A stretch of DNA of 64,000 nucleotides from Lingula anatina (taxonomy: Eukaryota > Animalia > Brachiopoda). The position numbers and the translations under genes are program-made. The stretch lies in assembly GCA_051362555.1 (NCBI GenBank), contig CM120649.1, forward strand, positions 2,604,001 to 2,668,000, read 5' to 3'. Under the pieces are notes generated by a model. It saw only the letters and a list, made by a program, of their open reading frames with translations, did no database searches and had not been told where the DNA came from. This document shows positions 26,061 through 39,281 of this stretch, in pieces (the stretch's first letter is position 1; each line of letters opens with the position of its first letter).

Positions 26061-29000
26061 TTACATATGTGATTCACTGTAAGGAAAGGCGGTTCCTTGG
26101 CGGGAAGATTCTAATGGCGTCACAGCATTTCGTTTCTCTTGCGTTTGCTGTCGTCTGCTTTTTAGAACTGGAATGGCTAGTATCGAGAAGGACCCGCTCA
26201 TAAAAAGTATACCTGAAATATAAAGAAAAGTTGGACACAAAGCAACACTTGGTTCACTGTAAAACCTTTTTTTTTTTAATTTGAATTTTACAACTGGGCA
26301 ATCTGACTGAATAATTCCCATCTTCCACTGCGGCATCTGAGTCAGTGGATGTCCATAATAGACTTTTCACTTGAGTTGCCCGCAAAGTAAACATTTAACT
26401 TTGGAAGTGCGTCCTTTTCTTTAGGGTCTAGGCTCTGCCAATGAACGGTCACGTGGTTTGTGACGCGCTATTTGCCGTGACGTCATGTGTGAGGGAGCTC
26501 TCAGGCTGGACTGTCAACTAAGTTGTCTTTACTTACCTTCAACATGCGTTTCCAAACATTCAAACATGGGGGTCAAAACCCTCGTGAAATCACTTCTCTG
26601 TCTAAATAATTATTTGTTTTCTGATTTTTGGGCAATTTACGAGAATGCTTGCAAATGGCTGACATTCACACTTACCTGCGAGGTAAAAAGAATACGAATA
26701 ATCCTGGGTGACATCGTATAGATAACCTACAACGAAGAAAATGTAAACGAATCAGAAAATAATTCTTTAAGATTTCGTTTATAAACTTAAATACTTAATG
26801 TGCGTTTACATCGGCTACGGAAAAGGTCAACCGAATGCGAAATTTGAAAGTTAACAAATTCTTTACATTATATGCCTTTGGCACAAATACTGAAAAGAGA
26901 CATAGGATCGGAAAAGAGAAATAGGATCGGAATTACCAGCCAGTGTAGGGCCAACTACACATCCGATACCGCTCATTACCATCAAATACCCAAACCCAAA
27001 TCCCAGCGACGACAGTCCAACAGTCTCTACTGTCATTGGTGCCAACAGAGGTATAAACATGGTTGAATAAACACCATATAGTGCAGCGAACAGTATTTGG
27101 GACCAATAATTGTGTATGAATAACGGCAAAATAATTGACAACAGCGCTGAGATCCCCAGGGCGCCAGCGCCCAAAGAAACCTGGTCCACGTGCTCTTTGT
27201 CGTTGGTAGCAGCCCCGGCAAGCAGACGACTAACAAAATTTCCCATGCCAATAACTGACAACAAGATGGCGCCTTGCGGAGGGGTGGTCTCGTGTTGCAA
27301 CGTGTAACTAATAAGATGCACAGAGCAAAGGAGGCTGCCAGAAGCCCAGAAAAATACCGCGATGCATAAACAAATGAAAGCTCCGTTCTTTAAAGGGCTT
27401 ACGTCTAACATTGCTCTAAAATGTCTCTTGTAGCTTGGTTTTGCCTTTTTTCTTTTACCAATTAGTTGGCTGTTTGTAATAGCACACTGAGAGACACTTG
27501 TCTGCACACTGTCCAATGTCTCAGTGGCGATGGTGGATATCGAGGACGCTTTTTTGGCTTTTTTCCTTTGCCCATTCTTTAGAGGGTCCGGGTGACGTGG
27601 TTGTTCACTTATGTTATCGCGACAAACATCAGCTAAAAGATCGCTTGACGAAGTCTCCTGTATTCCGAGTACCTTTTTTGTCAAGTTTCTTTTCTTTTCA
27701 TGGAGGTGTTTATCATTTTGAAGAGAAGTAATCTTATATTTCTTCCTCTGTACCTGAGAATCAATGGAACTCAGCGGTTTCGCTTTCACGATGTTTAATC
27801 CCTTAAGCGGTTTCATTATGGTACCAAAAACGCAATTATTCAGACACAGCCCTGCCGCAATGAAAGCAGAACCCCTCCACGTGTATGTGTCTATGAGGAA
27901 TTGGAACAGAGGTGGACAAACAATTTGACCCAGGGCCATTCCTGCTGTAGTAATACCAAGAGCCATTGACCTTCTCTTGTGGAAATACTGACCAACGCAT
28001 ACGGATGTAGCTGTGTAAACGAGGCCGGAACCAAACCCTAGAAATAAGATGTACCTGCCATAAAACTCTTATAAAAAATTATCTAATGTATTGTAGGACG
28101 TGAATACCACAACTAAAGGCAGGTAGAAAGGCGAAGAGACGAAGGGACAAGAGCGAACCATCCAAACTGATAATCCCATACAAACCCCAAAGGAACCATA
28201 CCATTAGCGAGCTGTACTACAGTTTGACTTGGGACAATATGGTCCATTACATAAAATGAAAAAAAAAATAACCCCCATTTAACATTACCTTGAACTTTCG
28301 GCTCTGTGATTAATTTGTGTTACAAAAGCCTTAACTTTTACTCGGGCATGACATTGTGGACAATGGGGAAGGGGGTTAATTTTCCCTTTTTCACGCGTAC
28401 TAATATTTCACTACAAAAGATAATCCGAATTATAGAAAAAATGCATCTAGATGGTGGGTGCTTTCACATTTTCTTTGAGTAGTTTATAAGGGCTGGTAAA
28501 AGGGTTTTAAATACAAACTTGGATTCCGCCATGGTTCTGAAGAACCTTGAATCGACTGCTCTCTATGGTATTCTGTATCCATTCTAAAGGCTTCACTTCC
28601 ACGGTAATGGAGTGTTACACGTAATACACCGTTTTATCAGTAACCACAATGAGATAAGCCCGCTCCCAAAGGCGAATTAATCAACAATTATTCTTGTGTA
28701 AAGTGGCATGCAAGGGTGTAATTATAAAGACGTTACCGATATACAAATAACATGAGAATTTTTTTTTAATCTGTACTGGGGAAATTAGCGACAAAAAAAC
28801 ACTTTTCGTTCTTTGTACATGGGTGTTCCCCCTTTTCAAGTAACTAAGTAATCATTTCTCATATCTTATTTAAGAGGTTATAAGCTTAAGATGTGGCAAA
28901 TGAAAACCACTAGAAATTTTGACATGTTTATTCAATGAGGGTTGCCAACTCTAGTGAATAATATTTCATCCAATCTCCCCATTTTTGCAAACATTTCTTT

Positions 29001-32000
29001 GTTTGTTGACAGAGAAAAATAAACAGAAATCCACAATACTATTTTGACTCGTGATTTCTATATCTACTATCTCTCGTTGTGTTTGCCATGGTGTAGTTCT
29101 GTAAATCTGTTGGTTGCAACACCCCACCCCACCCCCTTTGGCCATGGAAACGTCTCTATATACCGAGAGGTAATTAAGTATGTATAGTTTATTTACTTTG
29201 GAATAATATATTCCATCAGCCTCATAGATAGAATCACTGCATACATAGCAGATCTGATCCCCGACTAAATACTTCCAACCTGGTACGTGACAACTGTGTG
29301 TCGGACCATCATCTCTTACAAGTACCGAATTTAAACTTTTTTCATAAATTATTGTAGATAACATATGATGTTTAATAAATAATTTATATGTAACATGACG
29401 GCAGGTAACATGTTACATGACCTTACATGAGATCATATCGAACCCCGTAAGAAACAGAATGGCCTGCACATATTATTTTACATAACCTAAGGAGCTGTAG
29501 ACTTTCCCAGACGCACCACCACGGTATGTTACGTGTTAAATGCAATCTTGAATACACCTTATCATATTGCTGCATACCAATGAGGAGCTGAAAGTCATAA
29601 AATGGCTTAACCCCATAGGTCCTGACTAGCGGTGACCTAGATAGCGGCCTTGGGCCTGAGAGTGTTTGAGTTAGTGACTGCTGAATAGGGGGTATCTCAA
29701 ATAATCACTACTTACAACTGATTTCGTCAATAAAACCTACTTGACGTATACATTTTTAAAAAGTCAATAGTTATAGCTCTATTTCTATGGCCACTAATTG
29801 TAGGAATACGATTGAATTAAGAAAATATAGTCTTTTAAATGTCAACCCCACAAGGCACATGTGCGGTTCTTTCTTAAAGGTCCCTACGGCCGGTTACCGC
29901 ATATATGCGGTTATTACTTTTCGTGCTTGTTAAGTCACCTATTGTTACCTGATATTCAATAATGACGCTTTAAAAGCACATGGTTGTATGTTGTCTGTCA
30001 GTCCAGTCATAATTGTTCTTCCTTTGAGGTTGTTATCGCCAGAAATCGTGATTTTATCAAACCCTGTTAAAACTGCAATATGTCGTGGCCGACATACATA
30101 TCTTTTGAGGTCGTATGACGTAATGTCTTGTAGTCCAATAGCTCTTCAGTAATGCGGAGATCTCTGTGTATGACGCCGAGGTAAAGAAATTAATTATACA
30201 ATTATAGGTAGTTTAAGTCTGCGTCATCGACCATACATGTAGATAAGAAATAAGTATATAAGCGATACCGGGAGACACGTAGAGGGAGACATGTACAAGG
30301 AAGCAGCGAAGAAGGAGATTGGAAGCGATGGGGTACGGAGCAGACGAGTTAAGAGTTGGAGACTTCACTTAGAATATGTAGCTACCGAGCGTCAACGAAT
30401 AAATCTTTTAACTGCATGGTCATTATGTGGACTTGGGTTTTCTTTGCGCTACCTTATGTAAATCTGACAAGAACCGTGAAATCTTTGAATTGCGTTATCC
30501 ACTAAAGCCTAGGTCCCAACTACGTTTTGGACGCACGGTTTTTAGGTTCCTTGCGTCCGGCTAGGACGTAGCTGGATCGCAGGGAAGTAATCGGGAAGGA
30601 GTTCGTGCGTGAGGAGCACGTCCATCGTGCGACTTTTGGAGGACGCAAACAGCACGTAGAAACTTTTCGACATGATCAATAGCCGCTACGTGCGATCTAG
30701 CTACGTCCTAGCCGGACGCAAGGAACCAAAAACCGTGCGTCCAAAACGTAGTTGGGACCTAGGCTTAAGTTAGTCTAAAACGTAATGTCCTATTTCGAGC
30801 CCACGCATTAATTAAGCGTACAAAATTATATAAGTTTAGGACATTCACTCCATAGTATATGAAAGGGTTCATTACATATGCGAATCCAAAGATTCCACGG
30901 TTCGTGTCAGATTTACGCATTACTGAAGAGCTATTAGACTACAAGACATTACGTCATACGACTGCAAAAGATATGTATGTCGGCCACGACATGCTGTCAC
31001 CAGGTGAATTCAAAATGGCGGAACACAGTAGAAAGAGACGTATGTTTTAGAATAACTTGAAAACTCTGATTATGATGAAGAAATGTTTAGTGATACAGAA
31101 AGTGAAGAATATGCCGCTAGCTAGATCAGTATGTCGGAGATATATGACTCTGATGCAGAGCCTGAAATGGACGCCGCTTCCTTCTCACACGATATCGAAC
31201 GTGAGGTTCATGTAGACGCACCTGAACAAGAAGCGTGAAGTGAGGATATCACTGACAGAAAAGATGGTAATATATGGTTTAGAGGGAAACCTGGTCTGTC
31301 TCCAGATGCTATTGACCAAGAAAATACCCAGCCAGTTACGCCTGGTACACTTTTTAGTTTATTTCTAACCAACACCCTTCTGCTGCTGATATGCGACTAA
31401 GGAGAGAACAAGAGCGTCCGATGAAAACTAACATCAAAGACTATTGGACTAAGAATTGGTTGATTTCTTCACCTGGGTTTGGAAAAAATATTTCCCGTGA
31501 TAAAATTCTTGCTATCCTACGTTATTTCCATTTTGTGGATTTTTTCATTTTATATGTGCTGATATAAATGTTTTTGATCTCATTTATTATTGTCTTTGTA
31601 GTGCTAGTTTATTATTATTATTTTTTACTTTTTTGTACAAGACTTGGATATGTGAATAAATATACATGTGGACTCTATTTGTGTCCTTTGTCCTATTTCA
31701 GAGCATGCCTTTCCTGGCTAGATGACGCGATAAAAGGTGATTGAACAAGACTGTTATCTTATGAAAGGTGTCAAGTTTGTTATCAGAATAGCCCATCTCA
31801 CCACCTAGAGCTACTTCAAGGTGAACTAATTATCAAATGCCACTTACACCTGCCGGCAGCAGTAAACATAACCCATACGGTCAGATAGATATCTTACTGA
31901 CATATGCAGAAGATGAAGACACAGAATGTCGAAAAATTGGGTTACATTTAACCAACATCCAAAGGTAACAATGCGCTTTCTGAACTGAACAAAACTCAAT

Positions 32001-33945
32001 TTCATTTTATGAAATTTAAAATCTGACATGTTATACTGGCGAACAATTATTCTTTGATGAGGTAGAATTGAAAAGGAAATTTGTAGTATGGCCACTCGGA
32101 AAATGTAAGGATTACTTTTAAAGCGATTCAGGTGTCAGCTTTGTAATTATAACACCTTATCCCCCTCCCCTGTGAAACATCCAGGTGAGTTAAATTGCCA
32201 TGCTGTTAGACCTGTCGACTGTAAACAGACTGTAACTCATAAAATATCTACGACATCTTGCTGGAATTTTCAGTGGAAAAAAACAAATAGTGTGAAATGA
32301 TTTTGCGTTATTTCCAGCATAAAAACAGTCATTATGAAATTAAATGAGCAACAGGATTTTATTTCAGAATATGAAAATTAATAAGTATATTTATGCCTGT
32401 ATATATCACCCCGTATCATTCATAAGGAAACGTGACATTTTTTGTGACAGTATTGGAATAGATTAGTTAAGTTATTCGAGTAATTTAGGTGTCAGCTTGT
32501 AATCAGAACACCCTATCTTCTTGCGCAGGGCAACGACCAGGGCTCCGTATCTCGAAAGGTTCGCTATGTTGCGCACATGCGCAAGTGTCTCGATTCCATA
32601 ACCGATTCTATTTCTATTTCTAGAATCGGTTATGGAATCGAGACACTTGCGCACGTGCGCAACATAGCGAACCTTTCGAGATACGGAGCCCAGGTGAGCT
32701 AAATTGCCATTTAGACATATTGACAGTAAACAGGCTGTTATAAAATATTTCTCTGAAATTTTCGGACGAAAAATGGAAATAATGTGACATTACTGAGGTA
32801 GATTTACAAAAATGTACTTCAATGAAAAGAAAAAATATCCTCAGAGAAATAGGAAAATAATAAATAAATTTTATTTAGAGACTGTCAAAGAGTTGATTCA
32901 AATTCAAAAAAGGTTTGCAAAGATCAGGGAATGGCATCACTTTTTGTATATCGTCAAATTAAGAAAGACAAGATATTAATCACTTAATTACCTCCCTCAC
33001 AATGAATCGTATCTAGAGCTGCATGTGCAACAACTAAATTGTGTACAGAGCAAAGACAACGACTAGAAAAGGATATAGTTTGGCAGAATGATATTGTAAA
33101 AAGGATTAAGTCTGTATGAATTTTGTCAACAAAAGGAGAAACGTTCTTGGTGATAGCAGTATATTAGAACATTCATAGGCACCCACGCGCATTTAATCCC
33201 GTTACTTATATGTCGTTTTCATGAAGCCCGAGTATTAGTAAACAGTGCGTAATGTATGTAGAAAGTATGGGAGGATGGACAGTTTATCTCTGAATAGAAT
33301 CCACAAGGTTCATAATACGAAAAAATGTCTGACTGTTAATGAAGTGAGAATGATTTCAAAGCGGGGTTTCCGTAAAATATGTAGACATATACATATACAG
33401 AGAGATGAAGAGAGAAAGAAAGAGAGATGAAGAGAGAGAGAGAGAGAGAGAGATATGAAGAGAGAAAGAGAGAGTTTACCTACGATAAATCCAAATGTCG
33501 CTATAACATCAGACATATTTGTAGAAAAAGCCGTGCCAATAAAACCGAGCGCTGAAATGACGGCCCCCAACAAAATACTTGTCCTACAACCGTACTTATT
33601 GGCGATGATGCCGCTTACCACACCGGTCAGACCACTAACCGAGTTCTGCAAACTGCCGGCCAGAGAAACGTAGCTTCGCGTTTCATCGGGAAACTGAGCC
33701 AAGAACTCCGCATTGTACACGCCGACAGAGCTATTGATCCCATTGTTAATGCAAGTGCAGAGGCAAGACGCTACCAATACAGCCCAGGCCCACCCTCTGT
33801 CTATGTCCTCGGGATTTACTTTTGTAGGTTGGTTTACAGTTTTATCTTTGTTGTCAGACTCATGATCACATTCAGCGTCCTTGTTACATTGAGGCATCTG
33901 ATTATCACTGTTTTGGAGCGATGTCGATGGTTGTAGATGACGCAT
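26061..33945 (-). CDS. SLC16/monocarboxylate transporter family MFS protein, paralog 3 (4 exons, ~589 aa)
   Basis: Exons 33945-33480 (start uncertain; the frame is open to 34026), 28037-26937, 26726-26676, 26212-26061; 1770 nt in frame. Intron 1 is 5.4 kb and filled with transposons. Confidence 0.88.
29611..31540 (+). mobile_element. piggyBac transposon remnant (left end plus decayed transposase N-terminus)
   Basis: TTAA|CCCC at 29607-29614, acidic N-terminus from 31015, and KDYWTKNWLISSPGFGKNISRDKILAILRYFHFVD at ~31436-31540. No right end seen. Confidence 0.7.
30506..30765. mobile_element. PIF/Harbinger (Tourist-like) MITE
   Basis: About 70-bp near-perfect TIRs agcctaggtcccaactacg...; TAA target duplication at 30503-30505 and 30766-30768. 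Confidence 0.85.
32541..32690. mobile_element. Palindromic MITE with CAG target duplication
   Basis: About 70-bp arms ggctccgtatctcgaaagg.../...cctttcgagatacggagcc with CAG on both sides. The empty paralogous site is at ~32181. Confidence 0.85.
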
Positions 33946-34432
33946 AGCGTTGTGTGATGAAGTAGCACACTGAATGTAGACACTGTCGGTGGGAATGTTT
34001 AAAGCGAGGTTTAGTGTATGCGTCACATGCTGTAGTTACAATTGTAGGACTCTTAATGTATTTTCTGTATTCTTTATGTACCAAATATCGTTTTAATTCA
34101 TGAAAAACATGTAATTAATTGTAATTTAATTTCAGTGAATTTTATTTAATGTATTTAGCATTTTGCTAATTAGTTTAACTCATGGTATGATTACTATAGC
34201 TATATTAATTATCATCAGAAAAAAATTACCCCACGACAGGCGCTTCGAGCATAAAGTGATTGTATTTGGTGAGAACGGCCCCTTATACCGGGGGAAAAAT
34301 ATCCGACAGAAATATGCGTCCTAGCTGTGTTTAAATACAGCTATGATCTTAGGCTCATATAGGATAGCGCATCCTAGGGAACACATGCCCTGCCTTTACT
34401 TTTACACCAGTGAAGCTGACTTTGATAAATGT

Positions 34433-35500
34433 GAGCTGACAAATAAAAAGGAAGCGCACCAGATACGGCTAGACTGGTTGATTCTCTTTTAACTTTTAAC
34501 TGATATTTTAAAGAGAAAAAGAGAAATAACCATGCCCATCGGGAGCTCACAAAAATTTAATGGCTATTGTTGTAAAATGGCACACAAGTATGACTATAAT
34601 TTGTTAATCAGACCAAGACCCAAGCAACCAAATAAGGCGCTAAATTGATTTTTTTTTTTTTTTTTTTACTGCAAACGGTACACCTTTTTAATCCCTCTCA
34701 TAGAGCAATATGACGGGTTATGGGAAACATATTTAAAGGGTGAAACAGCTTTTTGGCATTGCCATTTATTTCAAAGGAGATTTTGCGGCATTTGGGATTG
34801 GAAATAAGGGTAGATTAAAAAGTGCGGTGCGGCAACGTATAATAGCTGAAAAATATATTCATGGTTGTTTTCTCCTAAATTCAGTTGAATTGCATCCTGT
34901 TGTATTACTGTAAGAATTCACTTTGGTCTGAAGCTGATTTTGTTAAATGTGTGTAGAGTCAAAATTTAATATCTGTAATGTAGTCCAAGAGCAACCTTAG
35001 AGCTGACAAATAAACGGTGACGCAACCAGATGCTGCTAAACTGGTTTATAATGCCTTTTTTAATACTCACGTCTCAGTTTTTAAGAGAAAAATAGAGATA
35101 ATTGACCATTCCCATGTAGAGCCCACATCAATATATTGTTACAAATGTAAAAATATTGTGAAAAGAAATGCAATTAGCTTATAAGAGGTCCAAATAAGCG
35201 AATAAGGCACAAAGTTGAAAATTTCAACTGCAAACGGCACACTTTTTTTACAATCCCTCTCACGGACCAGTATATATATGGTTTAGAGCAAACTTTACCT
35301 GAAACTACTATATCGCCACTGTTTTTGAATTATTTCAAAAGAGATTTTGCAAGCTTTGGAAGCGATTGGGTTCGGAAATAAGGGCAGGTTAGCCAGTACA
35401 GAGTGGTATAATACAGACTGTAGTCAGAGTATTTATCCATGGAAGCTTTTTCTGGTTGTTCTTTCCTTAATTCCGTCGAATATCTGTCAGTTCGATAGCT
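34433..35500. repeat. Diverged ~570-bp tandem duplication upstream of paralog 3
   Basis: gagctgacaaataaa...ccagat at 34433 and 35001; actgcaaacgg..caccttttt at ~34668 and ~35227; ggaaataaggg at ~34800 and ~35374. Confidence 0.7.
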
Positions 35501-35879
35501 GTACGAATTCATCATGTTCTGCGCGTCAATAATACATTGCTTTCAATGTAGGACGATAATCCTTAAATTGAAACTTCTACACATAGACATAAGCGCATAG
35601 ACCTTTCGCGGTTTCCTAAACGGTTTATAACCTCGAATGACATCACTATGGGCGGCCAAAAGGGCAAAAATTCATGTCGTCGATTCAGTTATGTTTCGTA
35701 GATTCACTGCCTTCCCATCGATTCAGTTTCAAGTTTAAACGATCCTGACATAAATTCAACATCTACTTTCGTCAATTCAATTGTCAAACATTTCTTATCT
35801 ACGGTGTATTAAAACCAGTGCTGTTACTATTTTCGTCGATCGTATAACTAATCTCGTCGATCGTCTAACTATTCATGTC

Positions 35880-38702
35880 GATGGATAGGATCAGGACGTC
35901 TCAAGGCAAATGACGGCTCACTTATCCTGTACTCTGGACACGAGAGCACACACAGTCATGGGGTAGCCATCATTCTCTCTCGAGAGAAGGCCAGAACTCT
36001 CATGGAATGGGAGCCTATCAGTGAGCGGATTGTTAGAGCGCGTTTTGACTCAAAGTACTGTAAGCTCACTATCATTCAGTGCTACGCACCAACTAACGAC
36101 GCTGAGGCTGATGTGAAGGATGACTGGTATGAGCAACTACAAGTGGCAGTATCAAGAGTCCCACAGCACGACCTACTCCTAGTCATTGGTGACCTTAATG
36201 CAAAAGTGGGAGCTGACAATTCTAACTCTGAGAGAGTGATGGGACCCCATGGATGTGGGGTGATGAATGAGAACGGTGAACACCTGGTTGACTTCTGTAT
36301 GAACAACAGGCTGGTCATTGGAGGAACCATTTTCCCGCACAAGACCATTCATAAGCTCACTTGGACATCACCTGATGGAACCACAACAAACCAGATCGAC
36401 CACATCATTATCAATGGCAAGTGGCGAAAGTCCCTTAAAGATGTTCGTGTTTACCGGGGAGCTGATGCCAACAGTGACCACTTCCTTGTCGCCTCCTCCA
36501 TCAGGCTGAAACCTCCGGAAGGTCATTCCACAGAGTCAACAATGGAAGCGGAAACAACTGGACATCTCCAAACTCAAGTGTCCTCGTACCAAGACTGCAT
36601 TTGTTCTCGAGCTGAAGAACAGTTTCAGCGCTCTAGCAGGAGAAGATAGGATTGAAGCAGACAATGTCAGCCAGAAATGGGATACCATCAAGAGTACTTA
36701 CTGCACCACAGCAGAAGCAGTCCTTGGCTTCAAGAAGAAGAAGAACAAGGAATGGCTAACACCAGAAACATGGAAGCTTATTGATGAAAGGAAAATCCTG
36801 AAAGAGAAGCTGTTGAACACCAAATCACCTAGGCTCGTAGAACAAGACAGAGCAACCTACAAGAGCAAGGATAAGGAGGTGAAGAAAAGTGCTAGGAGTG
36901 ACAAAAGAGCCTTTGTGGAAAAGCTAGCTAGTGAGGCTGAACAGGCTGCAGCACAAGGTGACATGGGTACTGTCTACAAGATCACCAAACAGCTTAGCGG
37001 AAGCCACAACAACAACCATTCTGCTCCAGTGAAAGACAGGAACGGTAACACTCTGTCCACAGAGCGTGAGCAAGCAGCACGGTGGGTTCAGCACTTCAAG
37101 GAGGTCCTTAACCACCCTGACCCCAGTGAACCAGCTAATCTCACACCCACAGATGGTATCCTGGACATCAACACAGATCCGCCCACCAGAGAGGAATTCA
37201 GGAATGCTATCATTGCTATAAAAAACGGCAAAGCTTCTGGCATTGACAACATCCATGCAGAAATGCTGAAAGCTAATGTTGGCATGGCCACAAACTTGCT
37301 GACTGACCTCTTCAGTACCATTTGGGAGAAGGACACGATACCAGACGATTGGACAAAAGGTCTCATTGTAAAGCTCCCCAAGAAAGGCAACCTCCACGAA
37401 TGTGACAACTGGCATGGGATCACTCTCCTATCCATCCCCAGCAAGATCTTCTGTCGAGTTCTGCTGAAGCGCATTGACAAAGCCATTGACTCCAGACTCA
37501 GAGAGGAGCAAGCAGGTTTCTGGAAAGGCAGGGGATGCATTGACCAGATCTTCGCCCTGCGCAACATCATCGAGCAGTGCCTGGAGTGGAACACGCCTCT
37601 TTACATCAACTTTGTCGACTTCAAGAAAGCCTTTGACAGTGTGCACCGGGAGACATTGTGGAAAATACTGCTGTCATATGGTGTACCACCTAAGATTACC
37701 ACTCTAATCAGCATGTTCTACAACCACTTCCAATGTAGTGTTATCTTGGACAATACCCTGACGGAGTGGTTCCCAGTGGATTCAGGTGTACGTTAAGGCT
37801 GTATCTTGTCCCCAATTCTCTTCCTTGTAACCATCGACTGGGTCATGAGAAAGACAACATCCGACAAACCCAGAGGCATCCAATGGACTCTCCTATCCCA
37901 GCTAGAAGACCTTGACTTTGCCGATGACCTTGCCCTCCTGTCCTCCAAACACAGCCATCTCCAGGAGAAAACTGACCGTCTGAGTAGCTTTGCTGCACAA
38001 GTGGGACTTGCCATCAGCACCACCAAAACCCAGGTCATGTGCATTAACAACAGTACGACAGCACCTATCACCGTCAGTGGGAAACCACTTGAGTTTGTCG
38101 ACGACTTCACATATCTGGGCAGTCTAATCAGCAAAGACAACGGGGCTCAGAAGGACATCAGGGCAAGACTTGGCAAGGCCCAGAGTTCATTCGCTAGACT
38201 CCGCACAATCTGGAAGTCAGAGCAGTACAGCTTACACACCATCTTTACAACAGCAATGTGAAGTCGGTTCTGCTCTACGGGTCTGAATGTTGGAGAGTTA
38301 CAAAGTCTGACATGAGCAGAGTAGAGTCCTTCCATAACAGGTGTCTCCGCAGGATCTGCCGCATATTCTGGCCAAATAAGATCTCCAACCATGACCTGTA
38401 CATACTGACAGGGAGCCAGAGTATTGTAGGGCAGATCAAGCGACGGCGATTTAAATGGCTCGGCCATTTACTTAGGATGGACGAGAACCGAGTACCAAAG
38501 GTAGCTCTGAGATGGACACCACCCGGAAAAAGAAAGAGAGGAAGGCCCAAGACCACCTGGCGCCGAACAGTGATAGCAGAGCTGAGGGAGGGGGACCTTA
38601 CATGGGGACAGGCCCAGCACGTAGCCAGAGACAGGGCCAAATGGAAAGAAGTGACTGTGGCCGTATGTCCCACACGGGACGAAGAGCAATGATGATGATG
38701 AT
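35880..38702 (+). mobile_element. RTE-clade non-LTR retrotransposon (APE endonuclease + RT), 5'-truncated and disrupted
   Basis: YAPT, GDLNAKVG, NQIDH, SDH endonuclease motifs; QAGF, FVDFKKAFDSV, GVR*GC, LDFADD RT motifs; RGRPKTTW C-terminus; (GAT)n tail. Frameshifts near 36510 and 38240 and a stop at 37794. Confidence 0.93.
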
Positions 38703-38959
38703 ATATATAATCTAACTTGGATGATCCCCAATCCATTCACCGCCTTGAAGTCTCCTGGATAACGGCATTCTTCAAGACTACTAAGAGTTTCTATCCAGTA
38801 GAGGTCTATACGTTGAAAACGTCTGGGGCAATTTTCCACAAGCCAACAGAATCATCGCAACTACTGAAGATTATTTCATATTTCAGTTCAGATTCTTGTG
38901 CATTACCCTGACATAAGCCATGGAAGCATCCATGTGCAAAATATTATAGTGTGTTTTTT

Positions 38960-39135
38960 CATAGTGCAAATTTATTCAAAACCAATGTGTTCACACCTAT
39001 GCTAACCTTTGCCTTTATGTATACATCTTCCCCTAAAAATAACAGAAAAAGTAGTCTTCCATGAAAAGGTGTATCCATAACAACCTGCTTAAAACGTTTA
39101 ATGCCGTCGTGGGAGGAGAGATGAGAGATGAAGTT
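38960..39135 (-). pseudogene. Decayed fragment of GT31 C-terminal region
   Basis: cttccatgaaaaggtgtatccataac...ttaaaacgttt at ~39057 parallels 39473-39520 (IKRF..LW.HLF.ED). Frameshifted. Confidence 0.55.
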
Positions 39136-39281
39136 TTTACTGCGAGTATAGAAACGTGTTGTCCTACCCAAACAAAAAAGACAACAGCTTTCAATGTATA
39201 ATTTTTGTATGTGTCAACAAAGTATGCTTTAATAAGCCCTCCAAACTGGTCGCTTTCATTACAATTCCTTCCTTTTATATT

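Noticed and set aside
28966-29364. 132-aa ORF in intron 1 of paralog 3
   Set aside because: No recognisable domain, non-ATG start, and it lies in repeat-like sequence.
36082-38839. Several 100-170-aa minus-strand ORFs
   Set aside because: Antisense shadows of the RTE ORF.
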